From Paramoeba atlantica (lineage: Eukaryota; Protista; Discosea), in NCBI GenBank assembly GCA_977017575.1, contig CDRNVI010000044.1:248001-312000 (forward strand): DNA of 64,000 nt, written 5' to 3'. Positions within the stretch are counted from its first letter, which is position 1; each line of letters begins with the position of its first letter. A model generated the notes under the pieces. The model had not been told where the DNA came from, searched no databases, and saw only the letters and a program-made list of their open reading frames with translations. Of the stretch, positions 57,120-64,000 are shown in pieces. The translations under genes were made by a program, and so were the position numbers.

Positions 57120-57620
57120 ACACTCCTTTCATGGACGTTATATTCACATGCTGACTCGGAAATCCAGGGAGAGATGGGGCCACGGGGAAATTATCGTCCA
57201 CCTTGTCTAGACATTTTGGATACCTATTGAGAATAGAATGGGTGCGAGTATCCCCTCCTGCCTCACCCCCTGGTACTGCGGATGTAGTCCCCCCGCACAT
57301 AAAAATAGTGCTTGGGGAACTGTAACAGAAAGAGACCCCCCTCAGAGTCATCGAACCTCTTACTCCAGGTTACTGGAACAAGGAAGGACGACCCGATGAT
57401 GGAGTTGAAGGCGTTGTCCAGGTTTTGTGCCAAAGTCCGTGTCAAATGCCCCATGGTGCGATTTCCGCCATTGCGGATTGCGCCGATGATATCGGTCGTC
57501 GCATCAAGGGCTGTATCTCTTCGCTAACGAGCGCATGAACATCAAAACCGGTTGTGGAAGCCCGGAAGGACTTATGGACACCGAAGATGACGGACTCGCA
57601 TCGTAGCGTATGCTAGCTCC
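57120..57620 (-). pseudogene. Heavily decayed CRE-like RT fragment
   Basis: Minus-strand remnants SPSG, SAMAEI, NLDNAFNSI and GVRQ.G.LAPILFSIGIQ in shifting frames. Confidence 0.6.
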
Positions 57621-58270
57621 CGTATGCATGGTTCCTGCTGTAATCCTGCATGGTTCCTGCTGGGATCAGAGTCCTGTCCGACGTGAACTCGTCCCGTACT
57701 TTGCCTGCCTTGCGTGGGTTGTGCGTGCGTTTTGTGTCAGGCTTAGCGGGGCCTCCAGGAGCTACGCCGCTCCCTCAGGAGAGGTGCAGCGGGGTGAACA
57801 CGCACAGTCTGAAGTCTTGTTTCAGAAATGCTTACCAGGGGCCACGTACCAAGGTCGTAAGAAGGAAGAATGAAATTGACGCACCTTTCAATGTCTTGAG
57901 TCTCAAGACATTGATTGGTAAACAAATTGGTCCCAATGAGACCGCAAGATATGCCATTCACCTGAGGTAACCTCCTATTCTGCTGTGTAGACTGGTACCA
58001 CAATGTGCATGGCGGTACTTTCTTTTTTCTACATGATGAATTTTTCTCTGCGGAGTAATTTAGTCCATGATGAACTACTATATTACGAAACCCTTTAACA
58101 CTGATGAAATGATTCAGTCTTATTCATAATTTTCACCGTTGAAGTTTCCCCCACATTATTGATATTTTAATATTGTATTATTAAATAATGATCAAATCTC
58201 CCTTTTTTCCTCCAAGTTTTTTAAAGTTTTTAAGGGCACTCAAAACACTAAAATTATTCCCCCGAACCCA

Positions 58271-61200
58271 TTAGCGCACTCCCCTACGGTACCAGTTTTG
58301 TACCGCGGCATGCGCTATCTGGGCGTTCCCCTTTTGGATGGCTACCCCGATTGCCATGATAAAATGGCTGAGGCAACCATTCTTCTCGCCGGTGGCCTTC
58401 CGAGATACCAGATTTAGAAACTTGAGGGTCTCGGGGCCGGGGACACCGTAAGTGGTGAAGGCCAAAGGGAAAAAAACCATCTCCCTGGCCCCCGCCATTT
58501 CCTCATGAGTGCGCCTTTTGAGGCGCTCAGCCTGCCTCACAGTGAAGGAGGGCTCAGCTGCCTCCTTATCCACGTAGGACGGTGCCAGTGGGTTCACCAC
58601 CGTCACGTCCACTAGGACTAGTTTCCACCCCAAAAGGAAACAGATGTCCGGTCCCCGCCCGTTGCCGAACCTAGGTTCGACCAGGTCCGGGGTGAAACCA
58701 TACTGGATTAGTAGGTTGCGGAACGTTTCATTGACCCCCTTGTGGAGAGAGGCTTGTGTCTTCCCCCGAACCTTTTTACAATCCATGGCGTGGACGCAGA
58801 AATCCTCATTTTTGAGGGTCGCGCCGCACACAAATTGGGTCTCAGGTTCGGAGGTGGGGGCCACCATGTACCGGAGTCTAGCAGCGGTCTCCCATTCTGG
58901 ATCCCGCATGTAGTACTCCGGCCTATTTGGCCACGCATTCATCCACTTGGTCGAGTGGATGTTCTGGATCTGGCGCATGCAGACCAGATGCGTGGCCTTG
59001 TCCAACGGTGCCTTGTCCAAATCAGCCGCCCCATAAGCGCGTCGCTGCTCCCTGGCGGGGGTGCCGGGGCGCCGACCTTGTAGGGCCTTGACAGCTTTGG
59101 CCTGCATGTCCACCACCTTGTCTTCGAAGGGGATGGTGCCCAGGAAGTCCGACGTAAAAACTTTTACTAAAAACTTTTTACTAAAAAGTTTATTTACGAA
59201 CGGTGTCGTTCCCATTGCACCCATCCCCCCGATAAGAGCTTCGGAGCATGCGGTAATGGCCGCGTCCACCTGCAGGTTCGCCTTTTTGGTCACCCCCGGT
59301 TCGTGCGTGCGAACTATGAAGTTCCACCGGGAGCTCCCGCATAGGCGGAGGAGAGGAAGGGCACACTGTCTCGGTAAATCCTTGAGTTTACCCAAGAAAT
59401 TAGTGACCTTGGGGACCTTGGAGAGGACCCATTCCTCTTCCCTCGCTTCCGTGGCGCCTACGTACGCCCCCAGAAGTTTCAGTCCCCCCGGACCATGTTG
59501 CATGAACTGAATCCCTAAGGCGAACAGGATGGGCGCCATCGGATCCCTTTGTTTGACCCCCCGGGAACTAGGGATATGTATCCCCTCCCCCAGTTGGAGT
59601 TTACTAGGGGTCCCGTACCCGAAAAGGGAGATCCCTATCATAGGGGATAGGTTAGGGTACCTTTTTAAGGCGCGGAATATGGCCGCGCGTGAAAAGCTGT
59701 TGAACGCGTTTTGCAAGTCGGCCGCCACGACCACCTCGTCGGGCCTGTCACGGAAGTGATCTCTCACCTCGTAAATGACATGTTCACAGCCTTGGGTGTA
59801 TTGGGCTCCAAATCGGAGGCCCTGAAACACTGCTGGGAGATGGTCTGTGACCTGCTCGAGGGCCAGTAGCCTCGCGAGCTTCAGTAGGACCTCCCCCATG
59901 GCTATGGGCTCATAGGATGAGTGGTGTCCCACCGGGGCCCCAGGCTTATTGAAAAGCTTAAGGTTTGCTCCGGTGAGAAAATCCCTCATCGTGGGGGGGA
60001 GGGAGTTGGTGAGGATCCCTTGGATGATCCAAGTGACCACGTCCCTCGGATCGTCCTCCTGCAGGATGGGGACCAGGAGTTCCTTGATCCATCCGGACGG
60101 GCCTGGCGCTCTAAGCGGCGCCAGGCTTGTTGCCTTCCGGGCAACATCCGCCGCCGACGGGAGGGGTCCATGTATGTCTTTGCCATAGACAAATTTGGGG
60201 GTGTTATATGGACCTCCCGCTGGGTCGAGGCGTTTCGCCTGTTCCCCCGCTGTAACCGGGTTTGCCGGCGGATCGAGGGGGGCTTCCAAAATTTTGGCCA
60301 CCCTGGAGAAAGCCCCCGCCCGAATCAGCTCTATTACCCGCTTGATGACGGATCGGGGGAAGCTGTTGGTGGGGAGGGGGGTCGGAGCTATGGTCTCCGA
60401 CCCCTCGAGGTGAGCCCATTTGCGGAGCTCCCTAGCCAGCTGCCTTTGGGACAGTTCTCCTCGGGGAAAAATAGAAATCGTTTAACCCCGAGGAGTAGAT
60501 CCCAGGCGATCTTAATTTTGCCTTCATGCGACTTCCCCAGGAAGTTGCTACACACAGCCTTAGTGTAGTCCTTCCAGGCAGGGCACTGAACTGCGTATAA
60601 GGTACGCAGCGAGCCCCTTTCAAGGAGCTGTGCCAGGCTGTCCGGGGAGGGCGTGATGTCACCCTGCTGCGTCACCGCGCCTTGGGTATTGGGGGGCGTG
60701 ACACTGGGGGCCTTGTAGGGAGGGTCCGTCCCAACCAGATGGGGGTAAGGCGGCGGAGGAGAGGTGGGTCACTCGCATTCCTGACGGGAGGAGCTACGAG
60801 GAGATGTAGAGGCCGCGATTCCCTCCATGATAGTACCTGCCCCACCCGGGGTAGGGGTTGTAGCGCCAGGGGTAAGGACATTTTGGGTCTCCCTCCGGGC
60901 CCGCCTCGTCTTAGAATGAGGACCTGGGTTTGCCTCGATACAGCCTCTGCGGAGGTTGCATTGAACAACACGGGTGGTTCAGCCCGTTTCGCTTACCAGG
61001 GTTTCTGTGGGAAGGAAACACCAAAGGAGCCCTTCTTCGTAGTTGCGGGGCTCCCAGGCACCGGTCATGATCCGGGGGATACCCAAGACCTCGTTCAGAC
61101 CGGCGGGGATGTCTTGCGCCGCACTCACCCCTGGGGCGGAGACCATGCCGTGGTGTGTCCCGTCATACACCCTGACAGTGGCCCCATCGCTAGGCCCTGG

Positions 61201-62768
61201 GGGAAAGGGGGGAAGGGAGAGGCTGACCGCGACTCTTTGCGCTCTGTCCAGCCCTTCCCAGTCGGTGATGGGGGTGGCTTCGCCGGAGATGTCCTTCAGC
61301 AGCAGGCTCTCTCTGGGGACCCCTAAAGTGTTGCCCACAATGCTGATTGTAGCTTGAAACGAGCGTTCGGGCGGGCAGGGGATGACTATATGACCCAAGC
61401 GCTCGGGGCCAATGTCGAGGAGGATTTTGAGGACCTCTTCCCCTGCCGGCTCGTATGGTTTATCCGGGACTTCCCCAATGGGTGCTCTCGTCTGTATCGG
61501 GTACGCGACCTGTCCACCGGTAGAGATGGGGGGAAAGGAGGAGGGGAGTTGGGAATGGGGAGAGGGAAGGAGCGTAGGGGGGGCACGGGCCATGGAGGTC
61601 CTTTAGCCACTATGTTGACCTGGGCCATGCGCAGGCGGGCTTCCTCAGCGCAGAACCCCTCATAGTACGCCAGCATGGAGGCGTACCGCTCCGTTTTGAT
61701 CCGGAGGACTTCAGGGGCATGCTCCTTTAGCAGGGCAATAGACGCTTTCCTTAGCCGCTTGGGACCGTGCACCTTTACTAGGTGCGCCTGTAGAGCTACA
61801 TGGTGGGGTTGGGCTACCCCACATTCAATGCAGACCAAATAGCCCGCATTGATCAGTAGAAAGCAATCCTCGATGGCTTTCTGGGCCGCGTGCAGACCAC
61901 TGACAGCCTCCAGGGTCAGCTCACGGCGTGCCCGGGCCTCCATTTCCTCAAGGGAGATCCTCTCGTGCTCTGAGTGTAGGGCCGAAAGGAGACGCAGAGA
62001 GACAGAGCATCTTCCGGTTTGAGCTAGAGGGAACCCCGAACTAGAAGGGGCGGGGAGGAGTTTGAGTCGCACAGCGTCCATCGCCTTGAACTTCTGCGCA
62101 AGCGCGGGGAGTTTCAGCGGACGCTCCATCGGGGCGGGGGCGTCGCTATCCATCGCTTCCGACGTGATCGGGGGGCGGTCGCCAGGCCAGGCGCCGAGAT
62201 GCGGGCGTAGGACGTGCTCCGACTGTCGGAGGTGGGGAGAGGAGCGAAGGAAACGTTGGCTGCTTTCCTCAGGATGGGGGTAGGGGCCACCGTAGTACCT
62301 ATACGGTCAAAGCTCCGGGATCGGCCCCGAGAGGAAGAAGAACGTGTGATCCTTACTAGCCGTGGAGTTGGCGCGGGAGGATCGAGAGGAAGACGTGGGA
62401 CGGGATGGAGGGGTCCCAGAGGCTTGCGTCGAAGCACGCACTCTTATGTCGTTCCTGTGCCGAGAGCGCAGAGTAACGCACTCATCACGCAGGCGGTTGT
62501 CCCGCCTGATTGGCACGAAAGGGGGGCCACAGAAGTCGCAGGCACATGGCTTGTGCTGCTCCTTGACTCGGACGACCAAGTCCGGCCTCACCTTCTTCAG
62601 CCCCTCGATGGAGAGCTGGCGCAGCCCCTCGACCCCTAGGGAGGGGTGGGGGCTGGAGTCTCGTCTGAGAGGGGTGGTAGCAGGTCCCCCTGAGGTCGAG
62701 GATGATGGGGTGTTAAGCCCAGTAGCGCAATCCTTGGATCCCCGGTGGTCACGCCGACGTCGCGTCAT
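58271..62768 (-). mobile_element. Near full-length CRE/SLACS-like RLE retrotransposon with the catalytic YLDD region deleted
   Basis: ORF1-like part with CxCxxC and a C2H2 finger (CIECG...HLVKVH); 2A-like CIEANPGP; RT N-half; RLE with FCVHAMDC, HKGV, GPD, LVDVTVVNP, FFPLAFTTYG. PILFALGIQ joins directly to FMQHGPGG, so about 70 aa including YLDD are missing relative to the 32-34 kb copy. Confidence 0.9.
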
Positions 62769-63166
62769 GGGTTTGCGCCGGGGAGAGAGAGAGTAGAGGT
62801 AAAAAAGGATTCAACAATTATTTACTTGTATTTCATGAGCTCATTTTCTGAGGCTGAAATAAAGGCCATTCGTGCTTTCAATTTCCCATTTCGCTCGTCC
62901 ATGTTTTGTCCATACAGTATCGGTGCGCTACCGAACTCTATAAGTGTGTCAAAAGTTTGTCAACCTGGTGTGCCATAATTTGAGCCCTAGAACTCCTATT
63001 TTCTATGAATGTCCCCGAATGGCTTGGTGTAAATAAGTCAAAGTCTTCTCTTTCGTCAATACCAATCTAGAAGGATTGTAAAATTGCTGAACTCGAAAAA
63101 ACTTTAAAGTATTTTTTTTTGAAAATAATTTGGGGGAAAAAAGGGAGATTCCACCAAAATGATTAA

Positions 63167-63257
63167 TACTGTACCCCCCTAGTTATCTGTCACCTTTTCG
63201 CGAAAAGTAGTGACAGATACATGTAAGTATCTACATGTAAGTAGGGGGGGTACAGTA
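63167..63257. mobile_element. 91-bp TA-flanked mini-MITE
   Basis: tactgtacccccc-ta and ta-gggggggtacagta; internal tacatgtaagta duplicated. Confidence 0.65.
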
Positions 63258-63383
63258 ATACATTTACGTAAATTGGATACTGTTCCGACTTCGAGTGTGA
63301 CAGTCAAAATTTTTGTACACAGTGTGATCGATTTTCTGTTTCGTGATCTTTTTCACAAGCATTCATTTGAACATACAATTCGA

Positions 63384-64000
63384 ATGTCATCTTCCGCAGA
63401 TTCGGTGAATGGAGACATCGCAGCGCTGATATCTGAAATACGTAGGATGGATACTAGCAACTTTTTCGTAAGAAATCCAACGGTTGATTTTCCCCAATTG
63501 ACCAAATTATATCAAGAAGCCTGTCCACAAGGAATGTGGCTAGATGAAATGTCGGAGAAAAACGATGAGAAAAAATACACATCGCTCGAGCAGTGGGAAG
63601 CCGACTTTGAACTTCTTCTCCAGAACTGCTTTAAATTCAACGGGGTTGATAGCGTATTTGGAAAGCTTGCATTGCAAATACAAGATGTGATCGTGCCCAA
63701 GCTTCACACGTTGAAAACTGCTTTGCAAAATGAAATTCCACGAACTTTGATGCATGAGAAATATGAAACACCGCACCACACTACAACGGATAAAGATGCC
63801 TCTCTAAGTGATTCCAAGGCAATGTCACGTCCAAAAATACGCATTCGACTGTCACATCAGAGTTCATCCTCTGCAGCTTCGCCACATTTAATAAATGTGG
63901 CTGAGAGACCGCCTGAGCTGAGGGGCGCGCTACAGACGTCCATACAAAATGAGAATATCAGTATACGAGATCTTTTACCGAAACATTTAGTGCCTTCAGT
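63384..64000 (+). CDS. Bromodomain-containing protein, runs off the window end
   Basis: Not in the ORF track. Translation MSSSADS...NFFVRNP...LYQEACPQGMWLDEMSEK..EKKYTSLEQWEADFELLLQNCFKFNG.DS fits a bromodomain, including the conserved Asn. Confidence 0.8.
   Translation, partial: MSSSADSVNGDIAALISEIRRMDTSNFFVRNPTVDFPQLTKLYQEACPQGMWLDEMSEKNDEKKYTSLEQWEADFELLLQNCFKFNGVDSVFGKLALQIQDVIVPKLHTLKTALQNEIPRTLMHEKYETPHHTTTDKDASLSDSKAMSRPKIRIRLSHQSSSSAASPHLINVAERPPELRGALQTSIQNENISIRDLLPKHLVPS

Noticed and set aside
58100-63000. Spliced-leader RNA gene as the target site of the CRE/SLACS-like elements
   Set aside because: No SL-like sequence (such as CAGTTTCTGTAC) or target-site duplication was found at any copy's flanks, so site specificity cannot be claimed.

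Overview
Eukaryotic, intron-less region. Every recognisable host gene lies on the + strand in head-to-tail clusters: DEAH helicase, SEC13, UTP10, UBA4, a trypsin-like protease, PSF1, an LSm protein, di-ubiquitin, ZIP4, ARF1, RBM28/NOP4, DDB1, PP4R1-like and a bromodomain protein. This layout and the ARF1 sequence point to a kinetoplastid with polycistronic organisation, possibly Perkinsela-like; that assignment is an inference. The gaps between gene clusters hold many mobile elements. (1) A decayed HERO/NeSL-like RLE retrotransposon with three Mer3/HFM1-type zinc fingers. (2) At least five pieces of a CRE/SLACS-like retrotransposon family; the two large copies share a 2A-like motif and a -1 frame change at a T_TTC_CCC site. 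(3) A 4.5-kb TIR-bounded composite holding a bacterial-type IS30 transposase pseudogene, a retroposon fragment and a Merlin fragment. (4) Several TA-flanked MITE families. Three GC-rich islands switch from C-rich to G-rich independently of gene boundaries. No CRISPR array, tRNA, rRNA or SL RNA gene was recognised. All calls are motif recognition by eye; no database searches were run.
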